Of a stretch of DNA of 64,000 bases, positions 51,139 to 61,219 are shown piece after piece. The stretch is taken from contig OZ242008.1 of NCBI GenBank assembly GCA_965204735.1, positions 2,048,001-2,112,000 of the forward strand, written 5' to 3'. Positions within the stretch are counted from its first letter, which is position 1. Every line of letters starts with the position of its first letter. Below the pieces are notes generated by a model. It was not told the origin of the DNA. It saw nothing but the letters and a program-made list of their open reading frames with translations, and searched no databases. Source of the DNA: Longimicrobiales bacterium (GTDB lineage: Bacteria > Gemmatimonadota > Gemmatimonadetes > Longimicrobiales > Gaopeijiaceae). Both the position numbers and the translations under genes were made by a program.

Positions 51139-53952
51139 CTCTTCCCCGGCCACCGAGCCGGGGCCTCATTGAAGCCCGCCCGGCCCACGGAGCCCCCACT
51201 CTTCCCCGGCCACCGAGCCGGGGCCTCGAAGCGCACCCTCTTCCCCGGCCACCGAGCCGGGGCCTCATTGAAGCGCCCGCGCCGGGGGAGACGCCGGGGA
51301 AGGGCGGGGCTCCTCTTCCCCGGCCACCGAGCCGGGGCCTCATTGAAGCGCGTCTCCGTTGCGCCGTCTCTATGCGGGAGGCTACCGGGCTCTTCCCCGG
51401 CCACCGAGCCGGGGCCTCATTGAAGCCCAGCCCCGCTCGTCTGCAATCCCAGCCGCCCTCTCTTCCCCGGCCACCGAGCCGGGGCCTCATTGAAGCCGCG
51501 CGGCGGGCATCAGCGGCTGATCGACCCATTCCGGTCTCTTCCCCGGCCACCGAGCCGGGGCCTCATTGAAGCCACTCGCCATGGAGCTTCCGGCCCGTGT
51601 CGGTCGTCGGTCTCTTCCCCGGCCACCGAGCCGGGGCCTCATTGAAGCCGGCGGGCGAGGCCCCGGAGGACCTTGCGGACGCCCCGGTGCTCTTCCCCGG
51701 CCACCGAGCCGGGGCCTCATTGAAGCATCTACGCCCGGAGGCTCGCCTTCCGCCGGGCGCGGTCTCTTCCCCGGCCACCGAGCCGGGGCCTCATTGAAGC
51801 CATGTCGAGGCTGGCCCACTTTCGCCACGTCCTCCCTCTTCCCCGGCCACCGAGCCGGGGCCTCATTGAAGCTCAACCTACAATCTAATGGTACCAAGAT
51901 CGGGGCTCCTCTTCCCCGGCCACCGAGCCGGGGCCTCATTGAAGCGTCAATATTGCGGCCAGCGTCTCCGCGTTGCTTGCGCCTCTTCCCCGGCCACCGA
52001 GCCGGGGCCTCATTGAAGCAGGCAGGGGCTTTGGACCCCGCGACAGCACGGCAACTCTCTTCCCCGGCCACCGAGCCGGGGCCTCATTGAAGCACGGTGG
52101 CGCGCCGGTACCGCATCATGCGCTTCGCCCTCTCTTCCCCGGCCACCGAGCCGGGGCCTCATTGAAGCGGCTTTCTCCCGGCTTCGCCAGCCTCGACACG
52201 TAATGCTCTTCCCCGGCCACCGAGCCGGGGCCTCATTGAAGCGTCTTGTGCGTGCTCGCGTCGCTGCTCGGAGGCGTGAACTCTTCCCCGGCCACCGAGC
52301 CGGGGCCTCATTGAAGCGACGTCCATCGTCGCAAAGACCCTCAATCCGTTCGCATCTCTTCCCCGGCCACCGAGCCGGGGCCTCATTGAAGCGATGCGAT
52401 GTGCCTGGCGTTTGCGATGGACAGCGCCGCTCTTCCCCGGCCACCGAGCCGGGGCCTCATTGAAGCCGGCTGGCGCTGGCCGTCGCAGGCGACACGGGCG
52501 GCGAGCCCTCTTCCCCGGCCACCGAGCCGGGGCCTCATTGAAGCGCCTCGACGATCTCGTCCGCGGCGGCGGCCAGCTCCTCTTCCCCGGCCACCGAGCC
52601 GGGGCCTCATTGAAGCTCCGGCGGCAAGCCGGAATCGATGACGACACGGAGACTCTTCCCCGGCCACCGAGCCGGGGCCTCATTGAAGCGGCCCGGGCGT
52701 AGTGGGCGGGCATCCGCGCCGACTTCCCTCTTCCCCGGCCACCGAGCCGGGGCCTCATTGAAGCGTCGGTGTCGCTGTCCAGCATCGCTTCGGCGAACGC
52801 GCCGGGCTCTTCCCCGGCCACCGAGCCGGGGCCTCATTGAAGCCTGGACGCGCAACGCCGACTCGCCGACGCCGACCGTCCTCTTCCCCGGCCACCGAGC
52901 CGGGGCCTCATTGAAGCCCGGCCCTATTGCCGACCGACCGACACTTCACTCCACTCTTCCCCGGCCACCGAGCCGGGGCCTCATTGAAGCAGTAGCTTCA
53001 GCACCAGGAACCCATTCATCTTCCATCCAGCTCTTCCCCGGCCACCGAGCCGGGGCCTCATTGAAGCGCCGGAAGTGACGTTGCCGCGCAACGCATTGCT
53101 TTCCCTCTTCCCCGGCCACCGAGCCGGGGCCTCATTGAAGCATGAGTTAGCGGGAAGGCTTTATGAGTTAGCGGGAAGCTCTTCCCCGGCCACCGAGCCG
53201 GGGCCTCATTGAAGCCGATATGCGGAAGTTATGGACGCTGGCGAATATCCTGTCTCTTCCCCGGCCACCGAGCCGGGGCCTCATTGAAGCCCGCCGACGT
53301 AGCGGATGACGTGGCGCGCAAGCTCGCCTCTCTTCCCCGGCCACCGAGCCGGGGCCTCATTGAAGCTCAACTACCTACCAACCGAATAGATACCGAAGTA
53401 CGCTCTCTTCCCCGGCCACCGAGCCGGGGCCTCATTGAAGCTTGTACCGTAAGACAACGGTTGCGAACGTAAATACGCCTCTTCCCCGGCCACCGAGCCG
53501 GGGCCTCATTGAAGCCATTGTCGCCCCAAGACAAGGGCGAAGTTGGAAGCCCTCTTCCCCGGCCACCGAGCCGGGGCCTCATTGAAGCCCTACTCGTTCT
53601 ATGTATGTACTACCGGGTTCTTCTTCTCTTCCCCGGCCACCGAGCCGGGGCCTCATTGAAGCGACCGCGCCCGACGAGGACGCCGGGCGGTGACCGCCCT
53701 CTTCCCCGGCCACCGAGCCGGGGCCTCATTGAAGCCCTTCCGGAAGACGAGGGGCTTCAACTTCCGAAGTCTCTTCCCCGGCCACCGAGCCGGGGCCTCA
53801 TTGAAGCTCGCGATACAACTGGGCCCGGTCATCGTACGCGTCGCTCTTCCCCGGCCACCGAGCCGGGGCCTCATTGAAGCCGTCCGTCATCGTCTCCTCC
53901 TTGGTGGTCTGCGGCGCTCTTCCCCGGCCACCGAGCCGGGGCCTCATTGAAG
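51139..53952 (+). CRISPR. Type I-G CRISPR array, repeat CTCTTCCCCGGCCACCGAGCCGGGGCCTCATTGAAGC (37 nt), 39 repeats by manual count
   Basis: CCCCGGC/GCCGGGG stem, ATTGAAGC 3' end, spacers mostly about 33-42 nt; last repeat cut by IS3. Confidence 0.98.
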
Positions 53953-55222
53953 TGGAATGGCCCCGATTTTGCGGACATCTCAGATTGGTCGGAAAGGAGG
54001 ACGCACGATAGTGGAGAACCGCACCCGATACACGGCCGAGTACCGGCGGGACGTAGTCGGTATGGCGCACCGCACGGGTCTGTCGCCCGATGCGCTGGCC
54101 CGCGACCTCAAACCCTCGGCGGGAACGATCCGACGATGGATCAGGCAAGCCGAGCTTGACCATGGACAGCGGACCGACGGCATCACGACTCAGCAGCGGT
54201 CGGCAGAGCGTCAGCTGCGGAACGAAGTCCGGCGCCTCCGGCAGGAGCGCGACATCCTGCTTGCGGCGGCAACTTGGTTTCGCGGCGGAGCAAAGACCGC
54301 TCCACAAGACGCGTTCGTATTCATGAAGGCTCACAGCGAAGTCCTCCCCGTCCGCGCCATGTGTCGGTTGCTCAACTCTTCGCCAAGCGGCTACTACGCC
54401 TGGCTGAAACGGCCGCCGTCCGCTCGGGCACGTCGCGACGCCGTACTTCGGCAACAGATACACCTCATCTGGAGGAACAGCCGGCAAACGTACGGTCGCC
54501 GCCGAATCCACGCCGATCTGAAGGCACGGGGCGAGAAGGTGTCGCCGAAGCGCGTCGCCAGGCTCATGAGAGAAATGGGCATCAGCGGCTCCAGCGCACG
54601 GAGGAGGACAGCAACCCGGTCACGCCGCCGCCCGGCCGCTTGCCCGGCACCGGACTTGGTGAATCGGGATTTCCGAGCCGCGGGCCGTGACGAACTGTGG
54701 GTCGCCGACATCACCCAGGTGTCCACTGAGGCCGGGCGCCTCTATGTCGCCGTCGTTCTCGACGCCTGGAGCCGCTTGATCGTGGGTTGGGCTGCAGAGA
54801 CCCACGTCCGATCCGAGCTGGTCGAGCGTGCGCTCGCCATGGCCGTCCGGCGTCGGTGCCCGATGGACGTCGTGCACCACTCCGATCGGGGGACGCAGTA
54901 CGCCTCCCACGCATTCGGCCAACGCTGCCAGACCTCACGTGTCCGACTCTCCATGGGCACCCCGGGCAACCCCTACGACAACGCCATGTGCGAGAGCTTC
55001 TTTGCCACGCTGGCACGCGAGCTGCTGAGCCGACGCATCTTCTCGAACCCAGACACGGCCCGGAGAGCGATCGCCGACTTCGTCGAGTGCTTCTACAACC
55101 GTCGGCGACGTCACTCCGCCCTGGGCTACGACTCCCCCGCGGCATACGAAATCCGCCATGCGACGTAGGAGGCCGTGGCCAAGCTCTGGCCGGGTAGAGG
55201 TCAACGCGGACGGGTCCAGACA
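53953..55222 (+). mobile_element. IS3-family insertion sequence
   Basis: Left end TGGAATGGCCCCGATTTTGCGGACA; imperfect right end ...CGGGTCCAGACA; right boundary approximate. Confidence 0.8.
54011..55168 (+). CDS. IS3-family transposase (OrfA and OrfB in one frame)
   Basis: N-terminal HTH, YGRRRIHADL, WVADIT, HHSDRGTQY, YDNAMCESFF, YNRRRRHSALGY; AGGAGG RBS. Confidence 0.93.
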   Translation: MENRTRYTAEYRRDVVGMAHRTGLSPDALARDLKPSAGTIRRWIRQAELDHGQRTDGITTQQRSAERQLRNEVRRLRQERDILLAAATWFRGGAKTAPQDAFVFMKAHSEVLPVRAMCRLLNSSPSGYYAWLKRPPSARARRDAVLRQQIHLIWRNSRQTYGRRRIHADLKARGEKVSPKRVARLMREMGISGSSARRRTATRSRRRPAACPAPDLVNRDFRAAGRDELWVADITQVSTEAGRLYVAVVLDAWSRLIVGWAAETHVRSELVERALAMAVRRRCPMDVVHHSDRGTQYASHAFGQRCQTSRVRLSMGTPGNPYDNAMCESFFATLARELLSRRIFSNPDTARRAIADFVECFYNRRRRHSALGYDSPAAYEIRHAT

Positions 55223-55258
55223 CTGTTGTATCCCAATGGCTCGCAGGGAGCAACCGCA

Positions 55259-55430
55259 ATGCCCGAGAGACGCCGTTCGACGACGACGGGGCGGCCAGCC
55301 GCGACGCCGGCCGCCTCCGCGTCGCGGGCCGTGACCTGCCAGAAGGGGTTCTCGAAGCGCACGGTGAAGTCGCGGGCCACGACCCGCGTGTCCGTCTCGG
55401 CGAAGAGGGCTTCAAGGTCGATGTCCTGAG
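55259..55430 (-). pseudogene. C-terminal fragment of an ISNCY (IS1202-like) transposase
   Basis: Minus-strand translation DIDLEALFAETDTRVVARDFTVRFENPFWQV...VVVERRLSG. Confidence 0.55.
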
Positions 55431-55449
55431 GCAGCGGGGCGATGGACGG

Positions 55450-56152
55450 GCCGAGCTACTCCGCATTGGCTTCCTGCGCTCCACGAACCAGGAGCGATAC
55501 CTGAAGCTAAAGGGGCGCGCCGTCCGAATTTCGGCCACTGGGATCACAACGCGAAACTTGTCCTGATGATCGTCTCCCAACTCATCGAGATGCATCAGTA
55601 ATGCTTTGGCATAGTTCGTCGTGAGCACCAGTTCCTAGGTCTCACGATCACGATAGCCGCTATAGAGCGGAAAGATCTCGACAAATTTGCGTTCGGGCTT
55701 GGCTACCTTGGCTTCCAGCGCCCATCCGACATACACCTTATTGCTTGCAAGCGTTAACTCTACCAGCTGCGTTGGCTTCATGGAATCCAGGAAAACGGCT
55801 TCAAGGTAGTTGCCCGTGGTGCGCACCGCTCGCTCCGCCCCGCTATTCCTGTCATACAGCAGATTGATAACAACCGCTATGAGTGGACCGAGCACAAACG
55901 CGACAAACAATGTACCGGAATATGGAAGCGGCGCAAGTCATCCCAGTTCGCAAGTCGGCTTTCGAGAACATGCTTGTGCAGAATGCAATATACAAGAAGT
56001 CTGGCCAATACGAGGAGAATCAACCCCACAGCGGCAGACTCAAAAACCAACCTGTATCCGCTCTCGCGACCAATGGAAAATCGTGTGTAGTTGCAGTATC
56101 GTAGAAAGAGATAGCCGCTAACAAGCGGCACAAAGAAGAAACCAAACCCCAT
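55450..56152 (-). pseudogene. Low-GC membrane protein gene broken by a frameshift (~55900-55950) and an in-frame stop (55635-55637)
   Basis: Three consecutive fragments read as one protein (MGFGFFF...; ...LTLASNKVYVGW...PLYSGYRDRET; ELVLTTNY...FRVVIPVAEI); 3' end approximate. Confidence 0.6.
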
Positions 56153-56200
56153 GTCACTGCTCCTTGTATCTTATGGTGATGCAGATCGTTTTGTCTGCTG

Positions 56201-56416
56201 TTATGACTGCCCCTGCGCGTCGACCGATGAAGGTGTCCGACTCCTTCTTCCCGCCAACGGTTGAACTCTCACCGCACCGGCAGCTTTGGCGATCATGTCA
56301 CGCCCCTGCTTGCTCTGGAGGAATGCTCTGAACTCCTGCCGGTCTACAGAGTGTCCACCGTCCGTCGTGTGATGGATCGTCCATTCTGTGACCTTCTCCC
56401 TCCCATCTTTGGCCAA
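56201..56416 (-). CDS. Small hypothetical protein
   Basis: 71 aa ORF with GGAGG upstream; same strand as the membrane pseudogene. Confidence 0.4.
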   Translation of the reverse strand: MAKDGREKVTEWTIHHTTDGGHSVDRQEFRAFLQSKQGRDMIAKAAGAVRVQPLAGRRSRTPSSVDAQGQS

Positions 56417-56607
56417 TCTAGAGCCTCCTCTACATTTGGGATCTCTGGTGCGTGCGAGCCCTCCGGTGCGGCGGCACGCTGAATCATCGCCTCTCTCCGG
56501 TCACGTGTCAACTCCATCGGCGTCCGCAGCAGCCCCCGAGTCGGCGTAGCGATCGGTTGGGCCGTGGCGTGGAAAGCCTTCAACATGCATGCCGCCGCCC
56601 CCACCCC

Positions 56608-57432
56608 TCAATCGCCCCTGGGATACGAACCCAGAACCTTGAACGACGCGGCGGGCCGGGCAATGTCCGCAAGGGCGTCGTGGACGGCGGGGTCGGTCCG
56701 ATGTCCTTCCACGTCCAGCAGGAAGTAGTAGCGGCCCGGGCTTCGCTTGTCGGGGCGGGACTCGATCTTGAGCATGTTGATCCGCCGCGACGCCAGCGCG
56801 CCCAGGGCGTTGTGAAGGATCCCGGGGCCGTCGTGGCTGAAGTCGAAGCAGACGGACGTCTTGTCGCGGCCCGTGGGCTCCGCGTCGGCGGCCGCCAAGA
56901 CCACGAAGCGGGTCTGGTTGTTCGGAGCGTCCTCGATTCCGGACGCGGCGACTTCGGCGCCGAAGAGCTCGGCGGCGCGACGGCTGGACACGGCGGCTGC
57001 GGGCCGGTCGCTGCGCAGCATGTCCCCTACCGCGGCGGCGGTGCTGAGCGAAGCCGAGAACCCCGCCTCGGGGAAGCGCCGCCCCAAGTAGCCGCGGCAC
57101 TGCGCCGTCGCCTGGGGATGGGAGAAGACCACGGCCACCTGGGCCGGGTCGGCGCCCGGAGGCAAGACCAGGCAATGGCGGATCGGGACAACGATCTCGC
57201 GCTTGATCTTCAGCGCCGTCTCGTGGATCAGAAGGTCGGTCGTCGAAGTGACGGCGCCCTCCAAGCTGTTCTCGATGGGCACGACCGCCTCGTCCGCCTC
57301 GCCGCCGCCCGCCGCCCGGATCGCCGCCGGGATGCTCCCGAAGGGCACCCGGCGAGCCTCCGGACCGTACCCAAGCGCCGCCTGCTCGCTGTACGTGCCC
57401 TCGGGGCCAAGGTAAGCAAGGGTGAAAGCCAT
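56608..57432 (-). CDS. pheA: Prephenate dehydratase
   Basis: AYLGPEGTYSE, VPIENSLEG, SHPQATAQC, NQTRF, KIESRP (ACT domain). Confidence 0.95.
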   Translation of the reverse strand: MAFTLAYLGPEGTYSEQAALGYGPEARRVPFGSIPAAIRAAGGGEADEAVVPIENSLEGAVTSTTDLLIHETALKIKREIVVPIRHCLVLPPGADPAQVAVVFSHPQATAQCRGYLGRRFPEAGFSASLSTAAAVGDMLRSDRPAAAVSSRRAAELFGAEVAASGIEDAPNNQTRFVVLAAADAEPTGRDKTSVCFDFSHDGPGILHNALGALASRRINMLKIESRPDKRSPGRYYFLLDVEGHRTDPAVHDALADIARPAASFKVLGSYPRGD

Positions 57433-57550
57433 GACGGGAAGAATCGCCTTGCGGTCTCGCATGTCAACAGTCTCGCGGGCTATCTTGCCGCCGCCCGAGC
57501 AGCCTGCCGGGGCCGAAGCGTGAACCAGCGCAGGAACGGAAGAGGCCGAC

Positions 57551-58858
57551 ATGGACCGGAAGTACGACGCCATCGTGATCGGAGCCGGGATCATCGGCGC
57601 TTCCGTTGGCTTCCACTTGGCGAAGGCGGGCCGCCGTACCCTGAACGTGGACAAGCGCGCCGCTGCCGGCTTCGGCTCCACGAGCAGCAGCTGCGCCATC
57701 GTTCGCTTCCACTACTCGACGCTCGAGGGCTGCGCCATGGCCCGGGAGAGCTACTTCCACTGGCTGGACTGGGGGCGCTGGCTGGGCGCGCCGGACGAGA
57801 AGGGCTTGGCAAAGTACGTCAACACCGGATGCTTGGTCGTCAAGAACGAGCGGAACGGCCGGCTGGCGCGCGTCATGCGCTGCCTGGACGAGCTCGGCGT
57901 CCCCTACGAGGAACTCACGGCGCGACAGACGGGCGAGCGCTTCCCGTGGCTCGACGCGGCCGCCTACGGTCCCCCGGTTCCCATCGACGACGAGCGCTTC
58001 GGACAACCGACGGGCGACGCAATAGACGGAGCCGTGTACCTGCCGGAGTCGGGCTACGTGGACGATCCGACGCTGGCTTGCCACAACCTGCAGCGCGCGT
58101 GCGAGCATCACGGCGGACGGTTCCGGTTCGGCGTCGAGGTCGTGGAGGTCCTTCGGGAGGCGGGACGGGTCGCCGGCGTGCGGCTGGCCGGGGGCGAAGA
58201 GATCGAAGCGCCGGTGGTGGTGAACGTCGCGGGTCCCCACTCGGGCGCGGTGAACGCCCTGGCCGGCGTGACGGGCGGCATGAACGTGGGAACCCGCCCC
58301 CTCAAGGTGGAGGTCTGCTACGTGCCGGCGCCGAAGGAAGTGGAGTACGAGCAGGTGGCGCCCCTGGTCTCCGACGGCGACGTGGGCTGCTACTCCAGGC
58401 CGACGACGGGCAACCACGTCGTCATCGGCTCCGAAGACCCGGAGTGCGACGCCCGCGCCTGGGTGGACGACCCCGACGACTACAATGCCAACTTCACCCG
58501 CCAGTGGGAGACCCAGGTCATGCGCGAGGCGCAGCGGATCAAGGGACTGGGAATCCCCGGGCAGCCCAGCGGCGTCGTGGACCTCTACGACGTGTCCGAC
58601 GACTGGCTCCCCATCTACGACAAGTCCGACCTGCCCGGGTTCTACATGGCCGTGGGCACGTCGGGCAACCAGTTCAAGAACGCTCCGGTGGCGGGCCGCG
58701 CAATGGCCGAGCTGGTGGATGCGGTGGAGGCGGGCCGCGACCACGACGCCGACCCGCTGGCCGTCCCGCTGCCGCGCACGGGGCGCGTCTGCGACCTGGG
58801 CTTCTTCAGCCGCCGGCGGACCGCGAACTACGAGTCGTCGATGTCGGTGATCGGCTGA
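57551..58858 (+). CDS. FAD-dependent oxidoreductase (DAO/sarcosine oxidase beta-like)
   Basis: GAGIIG Rossmann motif, GYVDDP, VVNVAGP, YDVSDDWLPI, GTSGNQFK. Confidence 0.9.
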   Translation: MDRKYDAIVIGAGIIGASVGFHLAKAGRRTLNVDKRAAAGFGSTSSSCAIVRFHYSTLEGCAMARESYFHWLDWGRWLGAPDEKGLAKYVNTGCLVVKNERNGRLARVMRCLDELGVPYEELTARQTGERFPWLDAAAYGPPVPIDDERFGQPTGDAIDGAVYLPESGYVDDPTLACHNLQRACEHHGGRFRFGVEVVEVLREAGRVAGVRLAGGEEIEAPVVVNVAGPHSGAVNALAGVTGGMNVGTRPLKVEVCYVPAPKEVEYEQVAPLVSDGDVGCYSRPTTGNHVVIGSEDPECDARAWVDDPDDYNANFTRQWETQVMREAQRIKGLGIPGQPSGVVDLYDVSDDWLPIYDKSDLPGFYMAVGTSGNQFKNAPVAGRAMAELVDAVEAGRDHDADPLAVPLPRTGRVCDLGFFSRRRTANYESSMSVIG

Positions 58859-59021
58859 CGGTCACGCCGGACGGGTTGGGGTGGGCGCCGCGTGGCGCCG
58901 AAGGCCGACGGTCGATGTCGATGATCGGCTGACGGTCACGCCGGACGGTTGGGGTGGGCGCCGCGTGGCGCCGAAGGCCGACGGTCGATGTCGGTGATCG
59001 GCTGACGGTCACGCCGGACGG
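58837..59021. repeat. Tandem repeat, ~74-bp unit x2.5, containing the oxidoreductase 3' end
   Basis: Units start at 58837, 58911 and 58984 with GTCGATGTCG(G/A)TGATCGGCTGACGG. Confidence 0.92.
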
Positions 59022-59030
59022 AGCCGGGGG

Positions 59031-59093
59031 TTGACCTGTCGTTTCCGTTCCTTCATACTCCGTCGCCTTCGTTCTAGTTGAGAACGATTCTCA
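59031..59093 (+). promoter_or_regulatory. Promoter plus Fur-box-like operator of the heme-uptake operon
   Basis: TTGACC-N17-CATACT (59031-59059); inverted repeat TGAGAACGATTCTCA (59079-59093) resembling the 7-1-7 Fur box. Confidence 0.75.
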
Positions 59094-59118
59094 TTTTCAT
59101 CGAGAAGGTAGATCGCCA

Positions 59119-60114
59119 GTGTCGGAGTCGAAACGGTCCAGCCGCCGGTGCGTCGCCCGGCGTCCCGCAGCCCTGCTCGCCGCCTTCGGAGCCCTTTCGG
59201 CAGGCGCCTGCGTCAGTGCGCCCATCGTCGAACGGCCGGTTTCCGCAGCCGGCGACGGCCCCGCAATCGGCGTGCTCGTCATGGCACACGGCGGCGGGGC
59301 CGAGTGGAACGCCGCAGTCGCCGAAGCGGTCGCTCCGCTCCGAGACCGCATCCCCCTCGTCCTGGCCCTTGGCATGGCGGACCCCCGCACGCTCCAGGCG
59401 GGACTGGACAGCCTTGCGGCACAAGGCGCGAGCAACGTGGCCGTGATCCGTCTCTTCCTGTCCGGGGCTTCGTTTCTGCACCAGACCGAGTACCTCTTCG
59501 GGCTGCGCTCCGATCCGCCTCCCTGGGGGATGATCGGACACCGCATGACCGCCGGAACCGACCTTCGGCCGCTGGCCACGGAGGCAAGGGTCCTCGTGGA
59601 CCCCGACGGCTTGGCAGGCTCCAGGGCGGCCACGGGAATCTTGGAGCAACGGGCAGAGGCGGCGGCCTCCGAACGAGACGCCGGGCTGCTTCTGCTGGCC
59701 CACGGCATGGGCGCAGAGGACGAGAACGACCGGCTCCTCGCCGCCATGGAACGCACCGCGGAGAAGCTGCGGACGGCCGGGCATCCGGAGGTTCGCGTCG
59801 CCGCCCTGCGGGAGGACTGGGCCGAGGCCAGGACGGCGGCGGAACGGAGCATCCGAGCAGCCGTGGACGAGATGCGGAAGAGGCACGGTCGGGTCGTCGT
59901 GCTGCCCTACCGTCTCCACGGCTTCGGCCCCTACGCAAAGGTGCTCCGGGGGCTCGCCTACGACAGCGGTCCCGCTCTCCTTCCCCATCCCTTGATCACC
60001 GAGTGGGTCGCCGAACGGGCCACGGAGCGCTTCTGCTCTGCCGGCCTGCCGTCGCCGCTCGCTTCCTGCGCCCTTTCCGCCAATCCGGCACGGGGGCGCG
60101 AGCCAACCTTCTGA
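59119..60114 (+). CDS. CbiX/SirB-like chelatase-fold protein, probable lipoprotein
   Basis: VLVMAHGG and LLLAHG motifs, ALGMAD, LREDW, LLPHP; lipobox-like LSAGAC. Confidence 0.75.
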   Translation: MSESKRSSRRCVARRPAALLAAFGALSAGACVSAPIVERPVSAAGDGPAIGVLVMAHGGGAEWNAAVAEAVAPLRDRIPLVLALGMADPRTLQAGLDSLAAQGASNVAVIRLFLSGASFLHQTEYLFGLRSDPPPWGMIGHRMTAGTDLRPLATEARVLVDPDGLAGSRAATGILEQRAEAAASERDAGLLLLAHGMGAEDENDRLLAAMERTAEKLRTAGHPEVRVAALREDWAEARTAAERSIRAAVDEMRKRHGRVVVLPYRLHGFGPYAKVLRGLAYDSGPALLPHPLITEWVAERATERFCSAGLPSPLASCALSANPARGREPTF

Positions 60115-60133
60115 ACCGAGGGTCTTCAAGACC

Positions 60134-61219
60134 ATGCGCAATAGCATCCAGTACCCCTGCTACGTCGCGGCCATGGCCGCCGCGACGGTGATCTCTCTCG
60201 TTCCCGCCGCCTGCGAGGACACGGTGGCCACGCCGGACGAAGTCTTCGAGGAAGGCACGATCACGATCGACGCCTCCTCCCTCGACGGCCCCGCCTACCT
60301 GAGCTTGGCCGACGGCGGAACGCTGACGAACTCCCCCGACGCCGCTTCCACGGCGTGGCACATGAGCTTCCGACGCTTCGCCGTGCGCCTCAACGGCGGA
60401 GTCAGCGGACCGGGTTCGGTCGCGGGCGCCAACCTGGGCAACAACGCCATGCTGACCCAGGAAGAGGTGGCGGCTCTCGACGAGGCCGACGGCGACAGCG
60501 CGTTCCAGGCGGTCACGGCGGACGACATTGCCGGCGCGACCTTCGTGGAAGACGACGTGGTGCCCGACCCCGGCGCCAGCTGGTTCCGGTTCGACGGGCG
60601 GGCGGGCACGGTGGTGGCCAACCCCGGGGCGGCGTGGAAGGTGCAGGAGGGATCGGGCCGGGGTCACGCGGTCTTCCGTGTCGCGGAGCTGACGATGCAG
60701 GGGCAGAGGCCCGTCGGGCTCGTCGTGGAACATCGGCGGCAGGACCCGGGCGGCGCCCTGGGCAACCCCCGGACCGTTGCGGTGGACCTGACGCGGGGAC
60801 CCGGATACGTCGCTCTCGCCGAAGGCCGGGCGCTTGGTCCCGGACAGGTGCAGGGCCCGAACGCCTGCGCGTGGGACCTCGGGGCGACGCCGGCGCTGGC
60901 AATCGAGGTCAACGCCGATTGCGGAGCGGGCACCTTTCCCCTTGCCGCCACCGAGGACTTCACGGCCCTGACGACAGCCGCCGACGCGCCCAAGTACGGA
61001 GGCTTCCTGTCCGCCGTCGGCGGGGCGTTCCCGGCGACCGTGGAAGACGCGAGCGGGACCTTCTGGTACAACATCAACGGCGGCAACCGGCTCTGGCCGA
61101 CCTACAACGTCTTCCTGGTGCGGACCGACCAAGAGGTCTACAAGGTCCAGGTCGTCGGCTACTACTCCGCAGGCGGCGAGTCGGGCTTCCCCACCGTGAG
61201 GTTCCTGCGACTCCGGTGA
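60134..61219 (+). CDS. HmuY family heme-binding lipoprotein
   Basis: IDASS...YLSL, WHMSFRRFAVRLNGGVSGPG, WYNING, VFLVRT...YKVQVVGYY. Confidence 0.85.
   Translation: MRNSIQYPCYVAAMAAATVISLVPAACEDTVATPDEVFEEGTITIDASSLDGPAYLSLADGGTLTNSPDAASTAWHMSFRRFAVRLNGGVSGPGSVAGANLGNNAMLTQEEVAALDEADGDSAFQAVTADDIAGATFVEDDVVPDPGASWFRFDGRAGTVVANPGAAWKVQEGSGRGHAVFRVAELTMQGQRPVGLVVEHRRQDPGGALGNPRTVAVDLTRGPGYVALAEGRALGPGQVQGPNACAWDLGATPALAIEVNADCGAGTFPLAATEDFTALTTAADAPKYGGFLSAVGGAFPATVEDASGTFWYNINGGNRLWPTYNVFLVRTDQEVYKVQVVGYYSAGGESGFPTVRFLRLR

Noticed and set aside
50750..53950. ORFs across the I-G array
   Set aside because: Translations of the repeat (FPGHRAGASLK, MRPRLGGRGR); not genes
58837..59021. 74-bp periodic repeat as a third CRISPR array
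   Set aside because: The intervening sequences are essentially identical, so it is a tandem duplication without unique spacers
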